From Vulcanimicrobiota bacterium (GTDB lineage: Bacteria; Vulcanimicrobiota; Vulcanimicrobiia; Vulcanimicrobiales; Vulcanimicrobiaceae): 64,000 nt of DNA. The translations under genes were made by a program, and so were the position numbers. The number at the start of each line of letters is the position of its first letter. Position 1 is the stretch's first letter. The notes beneath the pieces were generated by a model, which was given only the letters and a program-made list of their open reading frames with translations, was not told where the DNA came from and did not search any database. Below are positions 8,889 through 19,527 of the stretch, one piece after another. Location of the stretch: positions 416,001 through 480,000 of the forward strand of contig CAWGBN010000008.1 in NCBI GenBank assembly GCA_963820825.1. Direction: 5' to 3'.

Positions 8889-10607
8889 TCAGCGCGTCAC
8901 TTCGTCGGAGACGTTCTGCCAATCGAGGTATGCCGGCGGCCGCGACGGCGGATGCGGAGGCGTCACGGGCCGCGAGACCGGCGCGGGCCGTGGCGGCGTT
9001 ACCGGAGCCGCGACGGGGGGCTGATACGGATGCGGTTCCACGGTATGCGGAACCGGTACGTAGCGGCGCGTGCTCTCGAACTGTTGCCATATCTGCGATG
9101 CCGGAGGAGCCTGCGGTTTGGCCGGGACGATCTGGTGCGATTGTTGGTAGAGCGTTTCGTGCACTTGCTGTTGCTGCGCGTGGAACTGCGTCCGATTCGG
9201 CAGCGCCGGCGCCGCAGAGAAGTGCGAACCGGTAAAGTCTTGCGACCAATGGACCGGCGTCTTTGGCGTCGCGCGTCCGAACTGCAGATTCGCCGACGTC
9301 GGCGTGACCGGCAACGCACCGCGCAAGAGCGTAACGCTCTTCAAGTGCGCCGGATCGATCGGAACCGGCGCGGAGAGGTTTCCGGAGCGAAATGCCGCGC
9401 CCGAGAGGCCCGACGCGCCCTTGGCCATGTTGCGATACGTCGTTACGACGCTCGAACCGTAAACGGCGTGCGTCTTAATCGGGATCAGCGGGTGCTGGAG
9501 ATGCGGCGGATTCGAGACGATGCGCGGTGGCGACGGCGGATGCGGGTGCGAATGCCAGGCGTTCCAGCCCGGATACCACGGGTAGAACGGCTCGTACGGC
9601 CAGAGCGGCACCCAACCCCAATACTGAAAGCCGAGCGCCGAGCCCCAGTAATCGCCGAAACCGAACCAGCCGACGACGGCAGGGTACCAGACCGGTCCGA
9701 GCCCTAAGCCGGGCGGATACCAGCACCAGCCGTTGGGTGCACACGAGAACCAATATCCGTAGTGAAAGGGCGCCCATCCCCACGGTTCGAGTGCGACCCA
9801 CGTCCAGCCGAAGCCGTCCTCCCATACCCACGAGCCATTGCGATACGGCGCCCAACCCTCGGAGACGGCGGGTGACCAAACCATCCCGTACGGCGGAACG
9901 TCGATCCAGTCTCCGTAAGCGTTGAGATCGTCGTATCCGGCGATGTTCGCGGGAACGTACGTATCGGTGTCGAGCGCGCTATCGATCGTGCGGTCGCGGC
10001 TCGCACTGAACGCGTCGAGCGCATCGCGCGGAGTCTCCGCGGTCGTCGTTATCGTCGGATTCGCCGCCTGACCCGTCGCCTCGATCGCCTGCCCCGAAAC
10101 CAGCGGATAGCGTTGCTGCGGCGTCACGATTTCGGCTTTGCCGTTCCGCGTGGAGAGAACCGTCGTTCCATCGACGGTCACGTCGACTCGAAACTCGCCC
10201 GCATCGGCGGCCTGCAGCGTCACCGAGGGCGTCTCGATCTCGCTGACGCCGCTCTCGGAATGCGCGATCGAAAGGATCAGGCTCCCCGCGGCGAGTTGCA
10301 CGTCGCGCGTCGAGTCGTCGTTGTTGACGATGCGAATCTGCGTCTGCCCTGCGAGGCGCAGCATCGTAAAACCATCGAGTTGGATCTCCGCTTGGCTACC
10401 GGCTTGCGTGGCCACGTAATCGCCCGGCAGGATCGGCGCGTTCACCCGGGCGGTCAGCTCGGTCTGGTCGTCCCCGCGCCGAATCACGACGCTGCCGCTT
10501 GCGATAACGCTCACGCGCGCGACGTCGGTGTTCTGCGCTGCCGCCGCAGGCAACGCCGCAAGCATTGCCGCGGCGATTACAAAGGCGAGCGGAACGAAGG
10601 TTCTCAA
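8889..10607 (-). CDS. Secreted FecR-like/DUF6600 protein with Pro-rich tail
   Basis: TTG start overlaps nitroreductase stop. Signal peptide, ARVS..G.V, DLNAYGDW, WAPYRNGSW.W, EPWGWAPFHYGYW. Confidence 0.8.
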   Translation of the reverse strand: MRTFVPLAFVIAAAMLAALPAAAAQNTDVARVSVIASGSVVIRRGDDQTELTARVNAPILPGDYVATQAGSQAEIQLDGFTMLRLAGQTQIRIVNNDDSTRDVQLAAGSLILSIAHSESGVSEIETPSVTLQAADAGEFRVDVTVDGTTVLSTRNGKAEIVTPQQRYPLVSGQAIEATGQAANPTITTTAETPRDALDAFSASRDRTIDSALDTDTYVPANIAGYDDLNAYGDWIDVPPYGMVWSPAVSEGWAPYRNGSWVWEDGFGWTWVALEPWGWAPFHYGYWFSCAPNGWCWYPPGLGLGPVWYPAVVGWFGFGDYWGSALGFQYWGWVPLWPYEPFYPWYPGWNAWHSHPHPPSPPRIVSNPPHLQHPLIPIKTHAVYGSSVVTTYRNMAKGASGLSGAAFRSGNLSAPVPIDPAHLKSVTLLRGALPVTPTSANLQFGRATPKTPVHWSQDFTGSHFSAAPALPNRTQFHAQQQQVHETLYQQSHQIVPAKPQAPPASQIWQQFESTRRYVPVPHTVEPHPYQPPVAAPVTPPRPAPVSRPVTPPHPPSRPPAYLDWQNVSDEVTR

Positions 10608-11200
10608 GATGTCTGCCAAAGAATCTGGGGTGCCGAGCGTCCGTGACTCACGGGCGCCTCGTCCGGGAAGCCGACGACGACGGCAAATACCGGCGTCCAT
10701 CCCGGCGGAATGCCGAGCTCGCGCTTCGTCTCGTCGAGCACGAGCCACGGCCGGGCAAAGCCGATCGGACACGTTCCGAGGCCTTCGGCAAAGGCGGCGA
10801 GCATGAGATTTTCGGCGGCTAGGCAGCAGTCTTCGGCGGCCTGCGTTTCGGGCGAGGTCGCAGAGATCACGATCAAGGCCGGCGCTCCGTGAAAGATGTC
10901 GACGTTGCCTTCGAGCAGGGTGCGGACGTGCGCGGGGATTGCACCGGCAAGGTCGAGCAGATGCGTGCGGGCGCGGTCGGAGTAGCCCCTCAGTCGCTGG
11001 GCACCGGTCACGACGGCAAAGGCCCATGGCTGCAGATTCATCGCGCTGGGCGCTTGAATCGCGGCATCGATCAGTTTTTCGAGCGCTGCGCGCTCGAGCG
11101 GTTCGCTCGTATAGCGGCGAATGGCGCGACGCTGATAAATCGCGTTGAGCACTTCGATCGCCTGCAGCGAGCCCATCATGTTCGCATTACCCGGCTTCAT
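10604..11200 (-). CDS. Nitroreductase family protein
   Basis: RRAIRRY, APSAMNLQPWAF, ENLMLAA..GLGTCPIG. Confidence 0.92.
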   Translation of the reverse strand: MKPGNANMMGSLQAIEVLNAIYQRRAIRRYTSEPLERAALEKLIDAAIQAPSAMNLQPWAFAVVTGAQRLRGYSDRARTHLLDLAGAIPAHVRTLLEGNVDIFHGAPALIVISATSPETQAAEDCCLAAENLMLAAFAEGLGTCPIGFARPWLVLDETKRELGIPPGWTPVFAVVVGFPDEAPVSHGRSAPQILWQTS

Positions 11201-11610
11201 GCAGCCGTACTCCCTTCGCGCAGCGCTCGACGTCGCGGCGTCAACAGTAGTTCGATCGCCGTTAGGAGCGCTTCGAATGCCTTAGCGCCGATCCGCGCTC
11301 CGATCGCTTCGTGGAAGAGCCTGGCCGCCGCATCGTCGTCGACCACGATCTCCCCGGACATCGTCGGAAGCGCAAAGCCCCCCTGATGGCTCCAGGTAAA
11401 CGCGATGGATAGGCGTCGTTTGACCGACCCGGCGGCGCGCCCGGCGAGAACGTAGACCGCGTCGATCGGTGCGGCGGCAAGTGAGGCCGGCGGGATTGCG
11501 ACCGTAAAAATGCTCGCCACCCCGCCCATGGTCGCCTCCATCAAGGATGCCAGCGCCTCGTCCGATCGAAGCCCGAGCCGGAAATTTGTCTCCAACGAAT
11601 GTCGATTCAT
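11197..11610 (-). CDS. Hypothetical protein, divergent paralog of 23994..24464 and 27461..27910
   Basis: GAGGAG RBS before ATG at 11610. W..ALPTMSGEI and F..AIG.RI motifs are shared with the paralogs. Confidence 0.65.
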   Translation of the reverse strand: MNRHSLETNFRLGLRSDEALASLMEATMGGVASIFTVAIPPASLAAAPIDAVYVLAGRAAGSVKRRLSIAFTWSHQGGFALPTMSGEIVVDDDAAARLFHEAIGARIGAKAFEALLTAIELLLTPRRRALREGSTAA

Positions 11611-11635
11611 GACCCTCTCCTCAAGCGATGCGGCC

Positions 11636-11667
11636 ATTGTACGGCCCGATTGAGAAACGCTGCGGAA
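11636..11667 (-). promoter_or_regulatory. TTC direct-repeat promoter, leadered (hypothetical-nitroreductase-DUF6600-NHL operon)
   Basis: TTCCG-N6-TTCTC-N10-TACAAT. Confidence 0.7.
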
Positions 11668-11714
11668 ATTCGTTCTTCTAAAGTCGGGGAATCGGGAAGA
11701 ACTTGGGAACCAAC

Positions 11715-11746
11715 TTCACCACGCTTTCCACCTTTCGCGTTAGGCT
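11715..11746 (+). promoter_or_regulatory. TTC direct-repeat promoter, leaderless (hypothetical-PRTase-esterase operon)
   Basis: TTCAC-N6-TTCCA-N10-TAGGCT-N6-ATG. Confidence 0.75.
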
Positions 11747-11752
11747 TCGCTC

Positions 11753-12253
11753 ATGGAAGCGACAAAGACCGAGATCGACCGCCTGCTCGAACGCAGCGGC
11801 ATCGCACCCCTCGAGATCCACGGAACCGATTCAAGCGCGGCCGCGCGCGGCGGGCGCGAAGGAAACCTGTGCATCGTTCGCAGCGACGGGCGGGACATCG
11901 CCGTCCTTACGGTCGGGAACGGCCGAGCCGACGGTCCGGTGCCGCATAATCTGGCGGAGGCTCTAGCGATCGTGCAGATGCTGCGAGCAAAGGCCGCGAT
12001 CCCCGACGACGCCAGCTTCGAGCACATGCTCGGCGATCTGCTGGTAAAGGCGACGAAGCTCTTCGAAGAGAGCGGTGCAACGAAGTTTGAACTCGGATCG
12101 CTTCGGCTTCACCCAACGTCGTATCACGCCGGCAGCGCGACCTTGATCCACGACAAACCGCTGCACGTGGGCGCACGGCTGGAGCCGGATAGTCACGATC
12201 GGCGCGCCGTCTTCGATCACCGTCACGGTGACTCGATAAAGAATCCGAAGTAG
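11753..12253 (+). CDS. Hypothetical protein, possibly a degenerate ATP-grasp (ADP-forming acyl-CoA ligase beta-like) domain
   Basis: Leaderless start. Weak pattern LLERSGIAP ... LGDLLVK ... KFELGSLRL. Confidence 0.6.
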   Translation: MEATKTEIDRLLERSGIAPLEIHGTDSSAAARGGREGNLCIVRSDGRDIAVLTVGNGRADGPVPHNLAEALAIVQMLRAKAAIPDDASFEHMLGDLLVKATKLFEESGATKFELGSLRLHPTSYHAGSATLIHDKPLHVGARLEPDSHDRRAVFDHRHGDSIKNPK

Positions 12254-12262
12254 GGCGCAGAG

Positions 12263-12937
12263 ATGGATTCGATGCCACGCTTTACCGATCGAGCCGCTGC
12301 GGGCCGGCAGCTTGCCGAGCGCCTGCGAGAGTACGCGGGGCGCCGCGATCTGCTCGTGCTCGCGCTTCCTCGCGGCGGCGTGCCGGTGGGTTACGAAGTC
12401 GCCAAAGCGCTCGATGCTCCGCTCGACGTCTACATCGTGCGAAAGCTCGGCGTCCCCGGCCACGAGGAGGTGGCGATGGGAGCCGTCGCTTCGGACGGAA
12501 GCTACGTCGTGGACGGCGGCATGATCGACGCGTGCGGCGTCTCGCTCAAAGACTTTCAAGTCGAGCTCGTGCACGAATTCGGCGAGCTCAAGCGGCGCGA
12601 GGTTGCCTATCGCGACGATCGGCCCGAACCCGATCCCTTTGGGAAGACCGTCATCGTCGTCGACGACGGCCTGGCCACGGGAGCCTCGATGTACTCCGCC
12701 GTCTCGGCCTTGCGTCAGCGCGAGCCGGCCGCGATCGTCGTCGCGGTACCGGTCGCGCCGCCCGAGACGTGCCGGTCGCTCGAGCGGGTCGCCGACCGCG
12801 TCGTCTGCCCGAATCAACCCGAGCCCTTCGGCGCGGTCGGCTACTACTACGCCGATTTCCGGCAGCTGCACGATGAGGACGTGCGGCGTTTACTCGAGCT
12901 CGCGCAGCGGAACGGAGCGTCATGGAGAGTCGCGTAG
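12263..12937 (+). CDS. Phosphoribosyltransferase (Rv0571c/Rv2030c N-terminal type)
   Basis: FTDRAAAGRQLA, LALPRGGVPV, RKLGVPGHEE.AMGA, VIVVDDGLATG. Confidence 0.92.
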   Translation: MDSMPRFTDRAAAGRQLAERLREYAGRRDLLVLALPRGGVPVGYEVAKALDAPLDVYIVRKLGVPGHEEVAMGAVASDGSYVVDGGMIDACGVSLKDFQVELVHEFGELKRREVAYRDDRPEPDPFGKTVIVVDDGLATGASMYSAVSALRQREPAAIVVAVPVAPPETCRSLERVADRVVCPNQPEPFGAVGYYYADFRQLHDEDVRRLLELAQRNGASWRVA

Positions 12938-14259
12938 CCGTCGACCTCGCCCACGCGCTGATCCCGCTCGCGGGAGAGCGCCGCGAACACGATGCCCTCT
13001 TCGAGATGATCGGCGACGCGCCGGTGGTCTTGATCGGCGAGGCGACGCACGGGACGCACGAGTTTTACCGCATGCGCGCCGAACTGACCAAAAGGCTGAT
13101 CACCGAAAAAGGCTTCACCGCCGTCTGCATCGAGGGCGACTGGCCCGACGCCTATCGCGTGAACCGTTACGTACGCGGTGCGAACGACGATGCCGAGGCG
13201 GTCGACGCACTCGGCGGGTTCATCCGCTTTCCGACGTGGATGTGGCGCAATGCCGACGTGCTCGACTTCGTCGGCTGGCTGCGCGAGTATAACGACTTCT
13301 GCCAAACCAGCGTGCGTCCGAAGGCCGGCTTCTACGGACTCGATCTCTATAGCATGTACGCCTCGATCGACGCCGTCCTCGCCTACCTCGACCGCATCGA
13401 TCCGGCTGCGGCGGCATCGGCGCGCCGGCATTACGAATGCTTGGAGGTCTACGCCGAGCACCCCGAACGCTACGGGATGGCAGCGGCGCACGGGTTGGAA
13501 CCGCGCTGCCGAAGCGAAGTGATCTCCGCGCTGCTGGAGATCCAGCGCAAGGCGGCGCAGTATGCACGGCTCGACGGGCGCGTCGCCGAGGACCAATACT
13601 TCTACGCCGAGCAGAATGCGCGCATCGTCGCCAACGCAGAGCGCTACTATCGCGCGATGATCGATTACTCGGCATCGACGTGGAATCTGCGCGACGAGCA
13701 CATGGCCGATACGCTCGATCGATTGCTGCATCACCTTGCCGGCCGTCAGGGCAGCGCCAAAGCGGTGGTTTGGGCGCATAACTCGCACGTCGGCAGCGCC
13801 GACGCGACCTCGATGTCGCAGCGCGGCGAGACGAACATCGGCGCGTTGAAGCGGCGGCAGTACGGCGACGACTGCATCGCCGTTGGTTTCTCGACCTATA
13901 CCGGCACCGTTACCGCCGCCTCCGATTGGCACGAGCCCGAAGAACGCAAGCGCGTCCGTCCCGCCCGAAACGACAGCTTCGAGTACACGTTTCACGCGCT
14001 CGGGGTGCCGCGCTTCTGGGTTCCGCTCCGGCCTTATCGGCCGCAGCTCGATGGCCTTCCGGCGGAAGCGCTCGAACGCGCGATCGGCGTGATCTATCGT
14101 CCGGATACCGAACTCCAGAGCCACTACTTCACCGCGCGGCTCATCGACCAGTTCGACGCGATCTACCACTACGACGTCACGCGCGCCGTCCAGCCCTTGG
14201 AGCGCAGCCGGCTCTGGCTCGAGGGCGAACCCCCCGAAGCCTATCCGACCGGAGAATGA
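12922..14259 (+). CDS. Erythromycin esterase family protein (Rv2030c C-terminal type)
   Basis: IGEATHGTHEFY, EGDWPDA, FPTWMWRN, WNLRDEHM, WAHNSHVG, ERAIGVIYRP. Confidence 0.92.
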   Translation: MESRVAVDLAHALIPLAGERREHDALFEMIGDAPVVLIGEATHGTHEFYRMRAELTKRLITEKGFTAVCIEGDWPDAYRVNRYVRGANDDAEAVDALGGFIRFPTWMWRNADVLDFVGWLREYNDFCQTSVRPKAGFYGLDLYSMYASIDAVLAYLDRIDPAAAASARRHYECLEVYAEHPERYGMAAAHGLEPRCRSEVISALLEIQRKAAQYARLDGRVAEDQYFYAEQNARIVANAERYYRAMIDYSASTWNLRDEHMADTLDRLLHHLAGRQGSAKAVVWAHNSHVGSADATSMSQRGETNIGALKRRQYGDDCIAVGFSTYTGTVTAASDWHEPEERKRVRPARNDSFEYTFHALGVPRFWVPLRPYRPQLDGLPAEALERAIGVIYRPDTELQSHYFTARLIDQFDAIYHYDVTRAVQPLERSRLWLEGEPPEAYPTGE

Positions 14260-14286
14260 GCGCTCGCTGCATAATGGGGGTAAGCG

Positions 14287-15552
14287 ATGAACGCGCTCGC
14301 GGAAGCCGGCGCCGAGCGGTTCGCGCTGCTTCTCGGACTCTCGCTCTTCTTCGGTTTTGCGTTTGAAGAGTTCTACTCCGACGATCTGCCGCGCCGGCCC
14401 GGCGGCGTTCGCACCTTTCCGCTCTTAGCGCTGGCCGGCGGGAGTCTCTACCTCGTCGAGCCGGAGTACGGCGCGGCCTTCATCGCAGGCCTGATAGTCG
14501 TCGGAACGTGGATCTACGCGTACGTGCGCCGCCAGAGCAAGAACGAGGCGAGCGCGGTCGAGGGCGCGTTCGTCGTTCCGGCCTGCAATCTGCTCGCGTA
14601 CTCGCTCGGAGCGATCGCGCTGACGCAGCCCCTCTGGCTCGCCGTCGGCGTTGCCGTCGCGGCGGTGTTGCTCTTAGGCGGACGCCGCACGCTGCACGAT
14701 TGGGCCGCACGCGTTTCGACGCAAGAGGTCGTTACCGCCGGACAGTTCCTGATTTTGGTCGGCGTCGTCTTGCCGCTGCTCGCCGGCCGGCCGCCGATTC
14801 CGTACACGTCGATCACGCCCTTCGGCGTTTGGCTTGCCGTCGTCGCCGTTTCGTCAATTTCGTACGCAAGCTATCTGCTGCAGCGTTACGTCTTTCCCAA
14901 CGGCGGTACGCTCTTGACCTCCGTCCTCGGCGGTCTCTACTCGTCGACCGCGACGACGGCGGTGCTCGCGCGCCGTCTGCGCGACGAAGGGGCCAGCGCA
15001 GAACTCGAGGCCGGTATCGTCGCGGCGACGGCGATGATGTACCTGCGCGTCCTCGTCGTCTGCTCGATCTTCAATCTCGCACTCGGGCGACTGCTGGTGC
15101 TTCCATTTCTCGCTCTCGCCGCGATCGCCGGCGCGCTCGCCGTGTGGCGCTTTCGTTCGGCAACGCGCTCGGCGCGCACGACTGATTTCCCGAATCCACT
15201 GCAGCTCTGGACGGCCCTGCTCTTTGCGCTGCTCTTCGTCGCCGTCTCGATGCTGGCAACGATCGCGCAGAGCCACTACGGCCGCTCGGGCGTCTTCGCA
15301 CTTGCCGGCATCGTCGGCGTGACCGATATCGATCCGTTCGTTTTGAGCCTCGCACAGGGCGGCGCGGCGGGCATCGGCTTGACCACGGCGGCCGCGGCGA
15401 TCGTCATCGCGACGTCGTCGAACAACGTGCTTAAGGCCATTTATACGATGCTCTTCTCGCGCGGGCGCGCCGGGGCGTTGCCGGCGGCGATGTTATGCGC
15501 GCTTGCCGCACTCGGCATTGCCGGCGCGCTCTTGCTGATTCGCTCGGTGTAA
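14287..15552 (+). CDS. MgtC/SapB-DUF4010 family membrane protein
   Basis: GGVRTFPL, LGGLYSSTATT, NPL, G.TDID motifs; many TM segments. Confidence 0.85.
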   Translation: MNALAEAGAERFALLLGLSLFFGFAFEEFYSDDLPRRPGGVRTFPLLALAGGSLYLVEPEYGAAFIAGLIVVGTWIYAYVRRQSKNEASAVEGAFVVPACNLLAYSLGAIALTQPLWLAVGVAVAAVLLLGGRRTLHDWAARVSTQEVVTAGQFLILVGVVLPLLAGRPPIPYTSITPFGVWLAVVAVSSISYASYLLQRYVFPNGGTLLTSVLGGLYSSTATTAVLARRLRDEGASAELEAGIVAATAMMYLRVLVVCSIFNLALGRLLVLPFLALAAIAGALAVWRFRSATRSARTTDFPNPLQLWTALLFALLFVAVSMLATIAQSHYGRSGVFALAGIVGVTDIDPFVLSLAQGGAAGIGLTTAAAAIVIATSSNNVLKAIYTMLFSRGRAGALPAAMLCALAALGIAGALLLIRSV

Positions 15553-15553
15553 A

Positions 15554-16009
15554 CTACGCCGCTTTTCTCTGCGCGGGCGGGTTTCGAACGATCAGTACGG
15601 GCACGCTCGACTCGCGCATGACGACTTCGGCGACGCTGCCCATGAGAAAATGCTGAAATCCGCGCCGGCCGTGCGTACCCATGACGATGAGGTCGGCACC
15701 GAGCCGTTCGGCATATTTGAGGAGCTCGAAGGCGGGTACGCCGGTGCGAATCTGCCCGGTGGCGGTGACGCCTTCCCGACAGGCCCGCTCGATCGCCTCG
15801 GTGACGGTCCGCCGCGCCGCAATCTCCATGTCGCGAACCACGATATCCATCGCCGGGCTCGGCGGAGAGGTGGCCGTGATCGCGATCGGATCGACGACGG
15901 AGCAGATGCCCAGCTCGGCCTTTTGGGCCTGCGCTAATCCCAGGGCAACCGAGAACGCCTTGGAGGCGGCTTCGGATCCGTCGAGCGCGACTGCAATCTT
16001 AGTGAACAT
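15554..16009 (-). CDS. Universal stress protein
   Basis: KIAVALDGSE, DLIVMGTHGRRG...GSVAE. Confidence 0.93.
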   Translation of the reverse strand: MFTKIAVALDGSEAASKAFSVALGLAQAQKAELGICSVVDPIAITATSPPSPAMDIVVRDMEIAARRTVTEAIERACREGVTATGQIRTGVPAFELLKYAERLGADLIVMGTHGRRGFQHFLMGSVAEVVMRESSVPVLIVRNPPAQRKAA

Positions 16010-16015
16010 GGGGCT

Positions 16016-16047
16016 AGCCTACGCTCGACTCTAGAATTCGTCGTGAA
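16016..16047 (-). promoter_or_regulatory. TTC direct-repeat promoter, leaderless (USP)
   Basis: TTCAC-N6-TTCTA-N10-TAGGCT-N6-ATG. Confidence 0.75.
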
Positions 16048-16064
16048 TTTTGAGGCCCCGGCTC

Positions 16065-16107
16065 TTCACAATCGCTTCACGGGAGCGTAACCGGAAACGG
16101 CTATTAT
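16065..16107 (+). promoter_or_regulatory. TTC direct-repeat promoter, leaderless (MacAB-type operon)
   Basis: TTCAC-N6-TTCAC-N6-GTAAC-N10-TATTAT-N6-GTG, i.e. three repeats in 11-bp phase. Confidence 0.65.
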
Positions 16108-16113
16108 GAGCGC

Positions 16114-17520
16114 GTGAGAACTCTCGTCATATCCGCCGCCCTGCTTGCTCTCGTCTTCGAATCGGCCTGCTCCGGGCAGGCGCCCGACCTCGTAACCGCG
16201 CGTGTGACCCGCGAGCCGATCGCGCAGACCGTAACCGCGTCGGGCACGCTGGCAGCACAAGACACCGTCTTGGTCGGCTCCCAAGTCTCGGGAACGATTC
16301 AGACGCTCTACGTCGATTACAACAGCCCGGTTCGTACGGGACAGGTGCTGGCGCGTCTCGATCCCAGCTTATTCGTCGCCGCGCTCGACCAAGCGAAAGG
16401 AACGCTCGGACAGCTCGAGGCGCAGAGCTCGGCGTCCTCGTCGTCGCTCTCGAGCTCGCTCTACAGCAGCTCGGCGGCTGCCGAGACCGCGCAATCGCAG
16501 CGCAAGCTGATCGTCGCGGCCGACGAAGACGTTCGCAAGACGCGCAGCGCTCTAGATCTTACGCTCTTGACGCTGCGGCGCGACCGCGCGCTGCTGCGTC
16601 AGGGCTACGTCGCGCAGAACGTGGTCGACAGCGATGTAACCGCGGTCGCAACGGCCCACGACGCCTATATCGCGGCGCAGACGTCGGCAAAGACCTCGCG
16701 TTACTCGAGCGCGGCGAGCGGCTACCAGGCCGGCAGCTCCGCCGCGCAAGCGAACGCAGCCGCATCCTCGGCACGCGCAAGCGATTCCGCAGTTCGTGCG
16801 GCAGAAGCGGCCGTGCGGCAAGCGCAGATCAATCTCGACCACGCTACGATCGTCTCTCCGGTCGACGGAACCGTCATCCAGCGCAACGTCTCGGTCGGCC
16901 AGACCGTCGCCGCGGCGCTCCAAGCGCCGACGCTCTTTACCATCGCGAAGAATCTCGCCAAGATGGAACTCGATATCGCCGTCGGCGAACCCGACGTCGG
17001 CGCCGTACGCGCCGGTCAGCGCGTATCGTTCACGGTGCTGGCCTATCCAGGCCGAACGTTCCTGGCGACGATCGATCAGGTGCGGCAGAATCCGACGGTC
17101 GTCAACAACGTCACGACCTACGATACGGTCGCGTATCCGAATAATCGCGACGGCGCGCTTCGCCCGGGAATGACCGCGAACGCGCAGATCACGATCGAAG
17201 ACTATCCCAACGCGGCGGTCCTTCCGCTCGCCGCGCTGCAGTGGCGACCTACTGCCGCCGTCGCAAAGCGGTACCGCATCGTCCCAGCACCCAACGGCGG
17301 CGAAGGCATTCCTGTAGGCTCGTCGGCGTGGGGGGCGACCGGCGCGACCGCAAACTTTGCGGTAGCGGTGGGGGCGCAAGGGAGCTGTTACGTGCTCGAA
17401 AACCGTACGCTGCGCGGCGTCGGCGTAACCGTGCTCGCGATCGACGGAACGCGGGTCGGCGTCAAAGTCGATGCCGGGCGTCTCGCGCCGGGCGATAACG
17501 TCGTCGTCGACATGCAATGA
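16114..17520 (+). CDS. MacA-type periplasmic adaptor (membrane fusion) lipoprotein
   Basis: Lipobox-like SAC, VGSQVSG.I..LYVDYNSPV..GQ, coiled coil, SPVDG.VI, LRPGMTA. Confidence 0.9.
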   Translation: MRTLVISAALLALVFESACSGQAPDLVTARVTREPIAQTVTASGTLAAQDTVLVGSQVSGTIQTLYVDYNSPVRTGQVLARLDPSLFVAALDQAKGTLGQLEAQSSASSSSLSSSLYSSSAAAETAQSQRKLIVAADEDVRKTRSALDLTLLTLRRDRALLRQGYVAQNVVDSDVTAVATAHDAYIAAQTSAKTSRYSSAASGYQAGSSAAQANAAASSARASDSAVRAAEAAVRQAQINLDHATIVSPVDGTVIQRNVSVGQTVAAALQAPTLFTIAKNLAKMELDIAVGEPDVGAVRAGQRVSFTVLAYPGRTFLATIDQVRQNPTVVNNVTTYDTVAYPNNRDGALRPGMTANAQITIEDYPNAAVLPLAALQWRPTAAVAKRYRIVPAPNGGEGIPVGSSAWGATGATANFAVAVGAQGSCYVLENRTLRGVGVTVLAIDGTRVGVKVDAGRLAPGDNVVVDMQ

Positions 17521-18225
17521 CTGCCACGATCGAAACCCACGATCTCTCCCGAATCTTCCGTACCGGCAAGACGGTGTTCGCCGCCGTCGACCGCGTCACC
17601 TTCGAGCTTGCGCCCGGCGAGTTCACCGCGATCATGGGACCGTCGGGCTCCGGCAAGTCGACCTTCATGAACGTCATCGGATGTCTCGATCGTGCCACCT
17701 CGGGGAGCTACGCTCTCGACGGCATCGACGTCGCGACGCAGACGCCCGAACAGCTCGCGGAGCTGCGCCGCAACAAGATCGGCTTCGTCTTTCAGCAGTA
17801 CAACCTGCTCCCGCGCACGAGCGCGCTGGAGAACGTCGAGCTGCCGATGATGTACGCCTCGGTCGCAGCCGGGCAGCGGCGCGCTCGCGCGACCGATGCG
17901 CTCCTCGACGTCGGGCTCGACGAGCCGCATCACCACTGTAATCCGAACGAGCTCTCCGGCGGCCAGCAGCAGCGCGTCGCCATCGCTCGCGCGCTCGTCA
18001 ACAAGCCCAGCTTGATTCTCGCCGACGAGCCGACCGGCGCGCTCGATTCGAAGACGTCGGCAGAGATCATGAAACTCTTCTTGCGCCTCAATCGCGAGCG
18101 CCGGATGACGATCCTCATGGTGACGCACGAGCTCGATGTCGCCCGCTACTCCAATCGCATCGTCTCGTTTCACGACGGCCGCATCGTCAAGACGAACCGG
18201 TCTTACGCGAAGCATCGGCGATCTC

Positions 18226-18229
<4 letters not shown>
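17517..18229 (+). CDS. MacB/LolD-type ABC ATP-binding protein (apparent frameshift near 18190)
   Basis: GPSGSGKS, LSGGQQQR, ILADEPTG, VTHE. Likely true stop is TGA 18227-18229 overlapping the permease GTG. Confidence 0.9.
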
Positions 18230-19448
<1,219 letters not shown>

Positions 19449-19489
19449 GCCGAATTGAGAAAAACTCGTGAAGCTTCTCCTATCCAGCG

Positions 19490-19521
19490 TTCACGGAGAA
19501 TTCCCGACGCTCTCGTAGGCT
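19490..19521 (+). promoter_or_regulatory. TTC direct-repeat promoter, leaderless (tandem USP)
   Basis: TTCAC-N6-TTCCC-N10-TAGGCT-N6-ATG. An inverted TTCAC-N6-TTCTC pair lies at 19457-19472. Confidence 0.75.
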
Positions 19522-19527
19522 AGAGTC

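Noticed and set aside
12922..14259. Macrolide resistance gene (ere), with MacAB as a resistance island
   Set aside because: Sequence and PRTase linkage match the Rv2030c-like subfamily; nothing shows antibiotic specificity.
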